In this document: piece by piece, positions 1 to 12,025 of the stretch
How positions within the stretch are numbered: position 1 is the stretch's first letter
How the letters are laid out: every line of letters starts with the position of its first letter
Origin: Octopus vulgaris
Taxonomy: Eukaryota
Assembly (NCBI GenBank): GCA_951406725.2
Contig: OX597840.1
Coordinates: 23,374,001-23,438,000, forward strand
DNA: 64,000 nt
Direction of reading: 5' to 3'
Translations under genes and position numbers: made by a program
Notes under the pieces: generated by a model
Told to the model about the DNA's origin: nothing
The model's input: the letters and a program-made list of their open reading frames with translations, nothing else
Databases searched by the model: none

Positions 1-3000
1 ACGAGAAGAACGATAGGGTGTACAAATATTTTAAATTTTCCAAATTTAAACTATTCAGCAAGGCTACAGACACAAAAGCAACTTCGCAAAAATAAAGGAA
101 GACGAGTGGAAGGAGGAAACACTGCAAGAACATTTGAAGAATAGACTGATAAGAGACGTAACAAAAGAAGTACTGGAGGGTAAACTTATTATAACCCCGG
201 CAACCACACCTACCCAGAGCCCGGTGGCAACGCCGGTTAAGAGCCCTGCAGCTACGACCACAAGGGAGGAAGAAGGGGAAGCGGGCAGATTTAAACTGTC
301 ATGCTCCCTTTCTCAACCGTAAGTTCATTTATTTTTTCTCTCACTGACAATGGCTAAGCTGGGTTGTGTGAATGTACGTGGAATGGGGTCGAAATGGAAA
401 CAAATTTGTTTCCTGAACGACCTCACGACACATGGAGTGGACATAGCTATTGCAACCGAGTCCAAGATGAACAGGGCCCAAGCGTTCTCGCCTCTTCTAA
501 ATGGTTTCGAGAAATTTATTTCTCCTAGCCGAGGAAGAGGCAGAGGCGTGGCAGTCCTTATCAGGAAGAGCTTGGACTTGCAGGTAAGTACTGTCTTTCT
601 GGACCCAGAAGGCAGGCTGGTTGTTCTGGATGTGACCCACGCAAGTAAACAGTCTTTCAGGTTGGTAGCTGTCTACGCTCCGAATGAGTGTAGGCAGGCG
701 GGATTTTTTCGGAACCTGGAGCCCTTTTTAGCGACGTCGAAAACGGTAGTCTTAGTAGGGGACTTTAACACTGTCCTTGAAGCGCGGGTCGACAGTGTTG
801 GCTCAACCAATAGGAAGGGAACCCTAGCCTCAAGGGTCTACTAGAGAGCTTTGATCTAGTGGACCGTTATCGACTGGATGAGTCGAGCGTTCCACAGTGG
901 ACGTGGAGTAACAACGACGGCTCACACAGATCGTATATAGATAGGATATTCGTTAAGAAAAGAGATAAGGATACGTTTAGTTGTCCACAGTTTCACATTG
1001 TGCCTTACACGGATCACAAATTTGTGACGTGTAGGATGCAATTAGATAAGTGTCATAGACAGGGACCCGGGTACTGGAAGCTGAACAAGTCTATTTTGAA
1101 TTGTGAAGACTTCCGTACCCGGATTAAGGTGTTAGTACAGAGGGCATTGTGTGGCACCATCATTAACAATAGATGGTGGCACTCCCTCAAAAGAGCCATT
1201 CGTTCAGAGTCCATTAGATTTAGCAATCAGCTAAGATTAGATAGGTCTAGGATAGAGGACGATTTAGTTAAGAATCTAAACGAGGCAATGGAAGCTGGCT
1301 CTGCATCCGGAGTGATGGCGGCAAGGACGGTATTGTACCGTCACCTTAACTCCAAACACGAAGGTTGCAGAGTCAGAGCTAAGCTACGCGCTGGGAAACG
1401 AGAAGGTATTAACGTTGCCGGATGGGCCCGTTGAGTGGAGAGTCAGAGAGGTAACAAAGCCTCAATCAAGTCTTTCACTGACGAACAGGGACAAAAGATC
1501 TATGGACAGGAGGAGATGCAAAAGTTTCTTCACCAGCATTTCGCCCGCGTGTTCGGGGGTGGTGTGGCGCCGGAGTGGGGGAGGGCCTTAAAGGACTTCC
1601 TGGCCGGCGGACCACGGCTCTCAGGGCGTGAGGTGGAGTGCTGTGAAGAAGCGATCACTCCCACGGAGATAGAGGGGATACTGGCCGGATGCGCCGGGGT
1701 TGGATGGTCTGCCCTATGAGTTTTACCAAAGTATGCCGGACTTGTTCGGGGGAATATTGGAAGGCGTCTACACGAACTGGCAGCAGAATGGGAGAATTCC
1801 CAGTTCTGTAAGCCGGGGAGTGGTGACGCTAATCCAGAAAGACCCGAGCAAGGGGGATAACATTAGTAATTACAGGCCCATAACTCTACTTAATGTAGAG
1901 TTAAAGATTTTGGCCAAGGTGTTGGCAAAAAGGTTGACGGTTGTCGTGGAGAAACTTGTAGGGAAAGCAGACATGTGCAATTCCATGCAGGTCGATCCAG
2001 GACAATCTTCACCTTATACGCTACACCTTAGATAGGGTGGGTAAATTAACCGGCAAGGGCGGGGTAATGGTACATTTAGACCAAAGTAAAGCGTTCGATA
2101 GGGTAGACCATAAGTACCTGGCGATGGTCCTCGAACTGGCTGGACTGGGCCCTGAATTTCACGGGTAGATCTCCGCTATGTATAGCGGCATCAAGTCCAC
2201 CGTCCAGATAAACAGTTACCTAACGGAACAGTTTTCGATCAAATGTTCAGTTCGTCAAGGGTGCCCCTTGTCACCACTTTTGTACGTGTTGGCTCTCGAG
2301 CCATTGCTGCGAAAGTTGGAGAGGCTGGGAAGTAACCCGGATGAGATCGGAGGTGGGAGGACGGTTACTGCTTATGCAGATGATGTCACCCTCATCGTGT
2401 CCAATGAGGTCCAGCTACCTTGTGTAGAAGAGGCTATCAGAGGATACAAGGTGGTGGCAGGAGCAAGGGTTAACAAGGACAAGTCGGTTGGCTTGCGCCT
2501 CGGCACCTGGAGGAGCAAGTCGATATCGTCCAGTGTCGTGGGACACTGGACGGATGGCCCTGTTAAGTTGCTAGGAGTTTGGTTTGGGCCAGACTCCCAA
2601 ACGGAGAGGAATTGGAGTGAGGTGCCGGGCAAGGTGGAGGCCATAGTACGGACCTGGTCCGGAAGGCTTCTGTCCTTGAAAGGAAGGGCGGAGGTGGTAC
2701 AGATGTTCATTGCATCTGTAATCACTTACCGCCTGACCGTTGTCCCTTGCCCCGATTCATGGCTTAGCAAGTTGGAACGAATCCTTTTCCGCTTTTTGTG
2801 GAAGGGAGGAAAGCCACTTGTGAGGCGCTCCGTTTGCTGCCAGGAACCGTTAAAGGGTGGGTTAGGAATGCCTTGGTTGATGATGCGCAGACATGCGTTG
2901 AGGCTGAAGCATCTCTGGCACCACCTGGAGGGTGATAAGGTGTGGAGTCCGCTGGCAGGGGAATTTTTCCCGAGACCGGCCTCCTTAGTGAATTTTAAAC

Positions 3001-3972
3001 CCGGTCGCATCAAAAGACGGAATCTGACTTTATGGCAAAAGGAGTGCCGACAGGCACTCACGCTGATGTATAAGGCGGGCTGCGGAAATACCACCTCGGT
3101 ATTTTATAGCAGGCTGGTAGAGGCAAAGAACGACGACGTCCTAGGAGGGGCTCTGGGGTTTGACGAAGACCAGCTTACCAACCTGTTTAAAAAGACTTTC
3201 AGGACGGGGTATTTGGATAATTTCCAAAGATCCCTGGCCTGGCAGTGTTATAGGAATGCTTTACCTGTTCGCGAGAAGTTATCGCGGCACGGAATTTCAG
3301 TGCCACCGACTTGTCCAAGATGCGGGTTGGACGATGAAACCGTCCAGCACGCTTTTGTACACTGTCGGAAGTTGTCAGACTTGATAAGTTACGCAGAATA
3401 CGTGTTATCGCATCTGGGACGAGTACAGCTGTCGGCTGAGTCTATGATTAAGATGATACCGCCAACTGGACTCTCGAAGGAAGGTGAGGCATGTTTTCAC
3501 TGCACGGTTGCAGTAGTAAAAGAATGCATGTGGCGAACAAGAATGGAAGGAGTCGCGATAGGATCCTTTGTCTCGGGCCCCGGCTTGCTCACTTACTTCA
3601 GATATCATCTGAAGAGCAAAATGGGGCTGGAAAAGAGGAGCTTACCGCGAGGTGTGTATGAGAAAAGATGGAAGGAAGTGGCAAAAAAGGTGGGTGTCAG
3701 AAACCCAGCTTAACTATGGATGGAGGAGAGGAAAGAAAAGCTGCGGGGCCTTATAAATTGCCGGGGTTTAAAACATCGGTAAGATCGCAAGTTAATGTAA
3801 TGTTGTAATATTCTATTGGTCATGTAAAGGACAATTTACAGACGAATTTTTATAATGAATAATCCAAATGTTATGGAAAATTTTTAATCGAACCTCCTAA
3901 CTGTTTTTTGCATGTATGTCCTGTATTTGTCCTTCTATGTAATGATTGTATAATCGTAATAAAGAAATTAAG
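1..3972 (+). mobile_element. Non-LTR retrotransposon, Tx1/L1 clade, decayed; 5' end lies outside the window
   Basis: ORF2 pieces at 350-3713 carry APE endonuclease, RT and C-terminal Cys/His motifs. A probable ORF1 tail ends at 322 and AATAAA is at 3958-3963. Host sequence matching the paralogues near 27660 and 55750 resumes at about 3973. Confidence 0.9.
350..3713 (+). pseudogene. LINE ORF2 (endonuclease - reverse transcriptase - zinc knuckle), with frameshifts and stops
   Basis: Endonuclease motifs NVRG, VYAP, GDFN, SYIDRIF, TDHK, then WKLN. RT motifs DGLPYEFY, NYRPITLLN, DQSKAFDRVDH, VRQGCPLSP, AYADD. Also GGLG and CPRC..ETVQHAFVHC. Split over ORFs 350-844, 859-1434, 1435-1719, 1700-2035 and 2178-3713. 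Confidence 0.9.
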
Positions 3973-4261
3973 TGTTAATTCTTCCTAATTTTGTTGCTCC
4001 GTATGCATGTGTATTTCTTGCTCAGTTCCACTTTACAACTGATATTGAAGAGAAAATCTGATTAAATAGACACGTGATTGGTAATTAAGTGTCTAAAGAA
4101 ATAGATGCAGCATTTTATTTATTATGTTGACCTGTTAAATATTAATATTCGTCGTAAAAATTCTCTTGAAGCTGTCATTGTCCACTCTAACTTTTCACTC
4201 ATTCAACATATTCTCATATTTTCATCGTTGACTCTCTCTGAATATATATTACTATGTAAGT
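3973..4261 (+). promoter_or_regulatory. Putative promoter and non-coding exon 1 of G1
   Basis: Module repeated upstream of most ZNF genes. CACGTG at 4071-4076 abuts ATTGG (reverse CCAAT) at 4077-4081. Candidate donor ctat|GTAAGT at 4256 is GTGAGT in the minus-strand paralogues. Confidence 0.5.
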
Positions 4262-5694
4262 ATATTTCTATTGTATATGTATCATATTACGTACGTCTGT
4301 TTGTTTCGATGTGTTGAGTAAGTTACAAGAAAGAATCTCACTAAACAAAGACGAAATAGCGGAGGTAAAGGGCATGGACCGCACCTACCTTTCCCTAATT
4401 TTTTTGCGATGGAAACCCACTTTTTCAACTTCGGTGAGGCTGTTCTTTCAATCCTTTCGTTGTGTTCTCCTTTACATTCAGATATTTCATTGCATCTTTC
4501 GTTATTTCCTATATTATTTGTTAACGTCCGATGGATACCTTGTGTAGATAACTTTTCTCTTTCTTCCTCACATGTAAATTCCGCGGGAAAATTACGATGT
4601 AATTTCTAAGACATGCGGAATGTATAAAAATACGAGTGTGCACTTGAAATACTGAAACGAAAAGTAAATATTGTATACAGAAGAAATGGAACAGATTTTA
4701 TTTAAAACCTAGGAAGTCTTTATTTCCGGAGGTTCTTCTCCATCATTACAACTTACAATTAATATCTATTTTTCAAAGGAATCTTTCTTTAAGCACCCAA
4801 TGTAACCGCTTATCACATTTTTAATTTGGAATTTTCAGAAAATTTCTGCGTATTTCTGCTGTACATGCAAGGATTCAAACGGTTATGAAACCAACAAATA
4901 AGGGAAAAAACCGATTGAAGAGCAGTTTAGCTGTTATTTATCGCGCACCCCACGACCACCTGATACCTTCCGAGTTTCTTTCTCACTCTTACGTGCTAAT
5001 GTTTTTCAATATCTTTTTTCACATAAACACATTCAATGGTCCGTTGTTGGGATTTAAGGCATTATATATGAATTGCACTCTGTATTTTTATGTTATTTTC
5101 AATTAATTACCTAAGTTATCCTTTTCTCTCTTCGTAATACATATATATTTAAATTCAAATTACGATGAATTTAAAAGTAAAGAAAAAAAACGAGAATAAT
5201 TTAATGTTAAAACTACATCATTTGCCCCCATTGAGAAGGATTGTCACCAATTTCCTTCTCCACCTCAACCAATAATTTTTCCTACATCAAAAATTCCCCA
5301 CAAAAGATTTTGATGCTGTTAGTCATCCATACTGATTATTTACTGACTGTTATTCATGTTTCATGTTCCACAGAATATTGACATTAAGCTGCCTGTATGT
5401 GTGTTTTATATATTTATAAATGTACGGAAAGAGGCAGGGGAGGTGTGATATCTCTTTTAGGACACATGACTGAGATTAAAACATCAGATATCTAGTGTTA
5501 TTGACATGTATATTGGTGTGTGTCTATGACAGACTTAATGTCCAAGAGATGTTATTATACTACATGTGTCTACACCCTGATATAAACTTCTTGAACACAG
5601 AGAAATGGGATAAGTTTAATAGTTCAGATAAAGAATTACTTCTACAATTGCACTTTTGGATATCTGCCTTTTAAACATACTTGATATCTTATAT

Positions 5695-5714
5695 TATTTT
5701 TTCTATTCTTTCAG
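5695..5714 (+). promoter_or_regulatory. Putative splice acceptor of the G1 coding exon
   Basis: Pyrimidine tract plus CAG (AG at 5713-5714). Conserved at 24993-4, 30750-1, 44364-5 and 57791-2, and on the minus strand at 17973-4, 40828-9 and 52338-9. Confidence 0.6.
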
Positions 5715-6144
5715 AAAATCACATGAAATTGGCTAAAAAGTATTTTTTACTTTTAAAGAATCATCAATGTGTATCATGTTTAAAAGACTCTGCAAAGATA
5801 TTCTACAAACGTATAATCCTGCTTCTATAAAACATTGCTGAGTTACAGTAAAATATTTCCTCTGAGAGAGAAAGCATTTCTTTACTTCTGTGTCTGAAAT
5901 GTGCAAGAGATAATTTTCTCTTTTAAATATACTTTGATAGATTTCCAAAGAGTATTTGCAACATTTTTAAATATTGGCATTGATCACATTTAGAAGAAAT
6001 ATAAGAGAAGTGATATTTGTTTGGAATAAACTATAAAAACAAAAAGAAGAAAAATATCCATATATTTTGGTGAGAGAAGAAATATTTTTTGAAAAGTTGT
6101 TGATCTGTACAACTGGAAGGTTCAGTTTTATTTTTCTTGAAGAG

Positions 6145-6669
6145 ATGTCGGAAGAATTATGAAAATCATCATATGACTGTGACATCTGCAAAGAGACGTT
6201 CTTAGGAGAAAGTAGATTCAATCAACACAAACAAATTCATGCAGGGGAAGCACCATATCACTGTGATATCTGTGGTAAATCATTCTCTGGAAATAGCGAC
6301 CTAACCACTCACAAACGTATTCATACAGGGGAGGAACCATATTCCTGTGATATCTGTAGTAAATCTTTCTCTCAAAGCAGCAGCTTAACTGAGCACAAGC
6401 GTGTTCATACAGGCGAGAAACCATATCAATGTGATATCTGTGATATATCATTCTCTCGAAACACTACCCTAACTACGCACAAACATATTCATACTGGGGA
6501 GAAATCATATCACTGTTATATCTGTGGTAAATCATTCTCTGCTGGCAGTCACTTAACTAAACACACACTTATTCATACAGTGGAGAAACCATATCACTGT
6601 GATATCTGTGGAAGATCATTCTCTGAAAGCAGCAGCATAACCAAACACAAACGTATTCATACAGGGTAG
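6145..6669 (+). pseudogene. C2H2 zinc-finger gene G1: 6 fingers, premature TGA at codon 6
   Basis: ATG TCG GAA GAA TTA TGA (paralogues read MSEELGKSS). The frame is then open through six C2H2 fingers to TAG at 6667-6669, with no downstream in-frame ATG. A further intact finger follows the stop (6670-6759). Confidence 0.8.
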
Positions 6670-7553
6670 AAACCATATACCTGTGATATCTGTGGTAAGA
6701 CATTCTCTGGAAACAGTCACTTAACTATCCACAAATGCATTCACACTCAAGAAAAATAAATTCATAGTGATATCTGTGGCAAATCATTTACACAAAATCA
6801 TTTCTGATTTAAACAAGTCTTTCCTTATGAAGTGGGTCCATAACACAGTGATATTTGTTGTATAACATTTCCTCAGAAGGACAAAGGACGTATCTCATTA
6901 AGACATCCACAGAATATAGAAACTATATGAATGTGACATCTATAGTAAATCTTTGACATGAAATCATCCATTATTGAATCAAAAGAGCATTGAAAGAGGA
7001 AGGAAAACATATCACTTTGATGTTAAACCTGAATCATTCTATCAAAATGGTGAATTGTTTGTACACAGTCCTATTAATATGAAAGATATAACTGTAACCT
7101 AAGCTATTTGTGCTAAATCAATCTATGAAAATGGATCAATTATTGAAATGTAAATGCATTCATACAGAAGAGGAACCACGATGATGATGATCCTCATCAT
7201 TTAACATTCTCCTATTCATGCTTCTGTGGATCTGATGGAATTCATTGATGGAGATTTTCTACATCTGGGTACCTTTCTTGTTACCAATCTTCACCTGTTT
7301 CCAAGCAAGGAAATATTTTCCCTGGTGAGACATATTTTACGCAGAGGACTGGAAATGAACAACTGCACAAGTATGACGGTCATGATGGCCCTTTACGAAC
7401 ATCACATAATATCTGGACAAGGGTACATACACACTACACTCACATAAACTGTTGTATGTCTCAAGAATTTCTCATGGGAAATATATGTTACATGTTTTCT
7501 ACACATGTAAAAGTTTGTGATTCCTATTAGGAAATGAAACACATGTAATGCTG

Positions 7554-7559
7554 AATAAA
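7554..7559 (+). terminator. Putative poly(A) signal of G1 (AATAAA preceded by TGTA)
   Basis: acatgtaatgctgAATAAA is conserved at 26795, 33027, 46715, 54909 and 59845, and on the minus strand near 15380 and 38577. Confidence 0.55.
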
Positions 7560-8714
7560 TAATATCAAACTTTTCTCCGGTCTCCTTATGTGATTTTCTA
7601 ATTACCTTGCAAAAAATATTATCCAAACCTCCCACAAAAATAATGTACGTGTATATATGTAATTACAAGCTTGTTTGTTCAACTGGTGTAGTTATGTTAG
7701 AGTAGTGGGGTGAGAGGGAGGGAAAAGTAAAGGAAGGTGGTCTTATAATAATTCTGCTTGTCATTACGTTACTTAGGTCGTCGGTAACACTTTCATGTGA
7801 TTGGAGAGAGAAAGGACAAGGCCATGAGTGAGACGGGAAGAGAGAGAAGCGTGCATGACATGATAGGGGGACATATTTAGTTGAAGGTTGAGATATAGAG
7901 GAGAGTTACGAATATAATTTTAGATGGTGGGTGATGTTCTGATGGAGAGATTAAAGAAAGGTAGAGAGAGACAGATGATGGTGGTGGTTGTGATGGTGAA
8001 TACAAAGTGAAAAGTAACGTTTTTTTTTTACTTGAACTAAGTTTTTTTATAACACCTACAAATTGAAATGTGTATTGGCTCTCTGACCCATCACCTTGGC
8101 TTACAAGTTACCACTGATGTGGTTTTCAGAGTAAGCCATGTTACATTAAATTGTGACCCCTATATTTTACATATGAGGTAATTTTTTTAGTATACACTTC
8201 TCATGTTTTAGATAAGAAATTGTGCCCATGTAAATTTTAAAATGTAATTTTTTTCTGTTTATGAGAAAACTGGAAAAATATGAGCGAATATTTATTTTAT
8301 GAGTGCTGTGTCTATAAAATTGTGCATAAAGTGTATTAAGTAATTACCGTATTCCAGTTTCCTTCAGTTTTCAGTGAATAACAGATGAGCGACTATCTTT
8401 TGATGCAGACACAATACAGGCTCCACTTTAGAGTGTTTTGGTTTCAGGAATAACCCAATCCATTGCCTCACTAGACACCGAGGCCATGACTAGTGACCGG
8501 GACCTTTTGTTTTTGGATAATGGATAAACAGCTAAAAGATTATATAAATATATATTTATAAAATTAAAGACTTAAATCTGTACAAGATGCAAAGCAAAAA
8601 GAAAAGAATTCAATTAAGAATGCATCTGATGAAAGAATATTGGTTTAAAAAACATACGGCATAAAAATGATAACAATGAAGACTATAAGGAATATGAGGG
8701 AGATAGGGTGAATC

Positions 8715-8918
8715 CTTTCTTTTTGACAATGGTCGGGCATTGTCTTGTTGGAAGACTAATGCTTTTCTGTTGGTAATCTCCAGCCGCAGTTCTTTGATAT
8801 ATTTTGGTTCAAATTAGCCAGTTGATGACAGAACACATCAGAATTAATGGTCTGGTTTTATGGGAGAAGGTCATATTAAACAATGCCTTTATGATCCCAC
8901 CAAACACAAAGCATAGGT
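8715..8918 (-). mobile_element. Mariner transposase fragment (inverted copy of part of 13880-14225)
   Basis: Minus strand reads LCVWWDHKGIV..DLLP..QTINSDVFCHQL..VFQQDNA. Confidence 0.75.
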
Positions 8919-11900
8919 GGCAGGATGTTCTTTCTCCCTCTGGTGGATCTTGTGCTTCGCACCGGTGTCTGAGGTGTGTTGTTGGGTTGCTGATGGGTGG
9001 TTGGTGCCCACTGGGATGATGATTCTGTGGGTGTTGTCACTGATGCAGCAGGTGTTGTACACGTTGTCCTCAACAGCTTTGGTGTTGGGCGGATGTGGGC
9101 CCTGTTGCCTCTCAGCTCCCCACCAGATTCCGTTACTATTATATACGATCTTGGGGTTTCAGCTCTACTGACAACCTGTGCTGGAATCCATGTTTTAGTT
9201 ATGGGATCTTCAGTATGCACATGTTGTCCTCCAAGTATCTCAGGTAAGTATTGTGCATGTCTGTTGTAATATTTCTGTGATTGTTCTCGAGTGGCTGCTA
9301 ACTTTGCCCTTGTCTCTTCCTGGTCAATAGGAGGTTGGATCTTAGTTGGCAGGGTAGTTTTGTACTTCCTGCCATTCAGCAATTCTGCTGGGGATTTCAT
9401 GTCAGCTCTCAGTGGTGTCGCTCGTAGGGACAGAAGTGCCAGGTGTGGGTCTTCCTTAGTCTCTCGGCATTTCACTAGTGTTCTCTTCACTGTCTGCACC
9501 TGTCTTTCTATAAACCCATGACCTTTGGGGTAATGTGGAGATGAAGTTGTAATATTGAACCCATACTCATCGGCTAGCTTTTTGAATTCTTGCGATGTGA
9601 ACTGGGTTCCATTGTCACATATGATCTGCTCTGGTATTCCTTGCTCTGCTAGAAGTCCTCGAGCCACTGTAGTGATTGTTTTGGCTCTCAGGTCTTTCAC
9701 TCTTCTCACAAATGGAAATTTGGAGTAGTAGCAGGCCATTATCAAATACCATTCTTGGCCCTCTGTGAACAGATCTACTCCAATAGTTTGCCATGGCCTT
9801 CTCGGGATGTCATTAGATATCATTTCCTTCTTTTGTTGTGAATTTCTGTACTTTTGACAGATGTGGCATGTAGAAACTCTCTTTTCTATGTCTTTGTACA
9901 TGCCTACCCCATATACTGCTGACTTGGCTCGGAGCTTGCATTTGTCCATTCCTAGATGCCTTTGGTGGATCTTGTCAAGAATCTCTTTTTGCATTGACTT
10001 GGGTATGATTATTCGGGATCCAGCCATCAGGATTCCATTCTCCACTGATATATCATCATGGATGGTCCAATATTCACGAATGAGGGGCTGCACCTGATGT
10101 CTCTTTTCTGGCCACCCCTGAATCACCATCTGAGTAAGGAGCTGGTGTTCTTCATCTTTGATTTCTCCTCTTTGATTTCTGCTAGCTTTGTGGTTGTCAC
10201 ATTTATAATGTGGTGGATCTTTATGCTTCGTCCTTCCCTCTCCTGTTTATCATATGAGGATAGTCTGGAAAGAGCATCCGCCAATATCAGGTCTTTTCCT
10301 GGCTTGTACCTGATATCATAGTCGTATGTTTGAAGCCTTAACAGTAATCTCTGCAGTTTGGCTGGTGCTTTCGTCATGTTTTTTCTATGTATTTGTTCTA
10401 GCGGGCGATGGTCTGTTTCAATATTGAAATGTCTGTCATACAGGTATGTATGGATCTTTTCACATCCATATACTACTGTCAGGTGTTCCCTTTCAATATT
10501 TGCGTACCTTGTCTCTGTGGGTGAGAGAGCTTTCGAGGCATATGCAATGGGTTTACCTTCCTGTAACAGTGCTGCACCAACTCCCCTCATAAAAGCATCG
10601 ACTTGGAGTGTTACTGGTTTGCGTCTGTCATAGTATTGCAGAGTTGTCTCCTTACTGATGAGCTTTTTGATTGCTTCGAAATCCTGTGTGTGTGAAGCAC
10701 ACCAATCAAACTCTACGTCATCTTTGTTTAGTTCTCGGAGATTTGCAGTGTGATCGGCCAGCTTGGGTATGAAGGCTCCCATGTAGCGAATGAGTCCCAG
10801 GAAGCTCCTGAGTTCCTTCTTGTCTTTAGGTTCTTTAATGTCTCTGATGGCTTCCACTTTAGCGGGGTCTGGTTTAACTCCCTCTGCAGAGTATATAATT
10901 CCAAAGAATTTGCACTCCTTTGCTTTGATCACACACTTGTCTGCATTGAGTTTGATGCCTGCTTGTCGGGTTTTCTCCATAGCTTCATGTAAATTGAAGT
11001 CATGTGTGGTCTCATCCTTGCCATGCACTTGGATGTCATCTGCTATTCCAATTGCTCCCTTGCAGCCTTGGTAGGTCTCATCTATTCGGCACTGGAAAAC
11101 ATCTTGGCTCACCTTCAATCCAAATGGGAGTCAGTTGAATCGATATCTGCCAAATGGTGTGTTGAAGGTCGTGAGCATGGATGACTCTTTGTCTATCTTT
11201 ACATTCCAGTACCCATTACTGACATCCAGTTTGCGAAATAATCTGGACCCAGCCAATGATGGTGTGATTTCTTCAAGGGTTGGAATTGGATGGTACTCTC
11301 TTTTTAATGCCTTGTTCAGGTCCCCTGGGTCGAGGCATATCCATAGGGTACCATTGGGTTTTTCCTTGATTACAATTGAATTCACCCTGTCTGTTGGTCG
11401 TGTCACTTTGGTGATTATTTCTTTTTTTTCCATTCTGTCCAACTCTGTCTTCAGCTTCTCTTTTAGTTCTAGAGGGACGCGGCGAGGTGGGTGAACAATT
11501 GGTTTGATATTGGGGTCGACTGTTATATGGTATCGACATTTCACAAAGCACCCGACTGTATTGTCAAAGCATTCAGGGTACTTGCTTATCAGTTCTTCTT
11601 TGTTTGTGATTGGTGGTCGGTCTTTGATAGGCATATCTCTGTCAATCCTGCTCGGAGTTGCCTTCACTTCACCATTGATTGACACAATATTTAGCTTTTT
11701 GCAGGTATTGAGTCCAAGAATTGATTGTTTTTCCTTTGTGTGTCCCTGTGATTGTTGTTTTACCCAGTTGTGGCATCCTGGTACCTCCGTACGCAGTGAG
11801 GATTACATCACTTGGTGTGAGGATTCCTTCTTTGATTTTATTCCCTTGTGTCATGTGTTCTGGGAACATCTTTTTGTAGAGGTTGACAGGCAAGATATCA

Positions 11901-12025
11901 CTCTGGGCTCCAGTGTCAATCTTCAGCCTTAAGTCAATGTTCATTCGTTTCTTGCCAGACTTCTTTTGAATTCTTATTGTTGTGTATGCCTCATTTTTTT
12001 TCTGGTCGTCATTCCCCATGCACAT
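8919..12025 (-). pseudogene. Gypsy pol (protease, RT, RNase H, integrase), frameshifted
   Basis: Protease KIDTGAQSDILP. RT PIPTLEEI, LDVSNGYW, IADDI. RNase H DAFMRGVGAALLQ, TDHRPL, ADALSR. Integrase HQRH..CHIC zinc finger, VDLF, CDNGTQF, ERQVQT. Confidence 0.9.

Larger units (their letters stand above)
6650..8918 (+). repeat. Left arm of a long inverted repeat (G1 3' region)
   Basis: Reverse complement of about 14036-16290. Spot-checked segments differ by only a few bases per 80-100 nt. Confidence 0.9.

Noticed and set aside
4311-5106. Conserved ORFs MLSKLQER.. and MKPTNKGK.. (also 27990/28557 and 56086/56664)
   Set aside because: Similarity is explained by recent segmental duplication. They lie in inferred intron, have no recognisable domain, and are broken in more diverged copies.
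6260-6266. CACTGTG/CACAGTG (RSS heptamer) in most fingers, suggesting V(D)J-like recombination
   Set aside because: It arises from His-Cys-Asp codons. There is no ACAAAAACC-like nonamer at 12 or 23 nt on either strand, and no RAG/Transib gene in the window.
7226-7447. Recurrent small ORF MEFIDGDF.. after each gene
   Set aside because: The frame differs between paralogues (15476, 32677, 46418/46428, 54588/54596, 59540). It is duplicated 3' UTR sequence.
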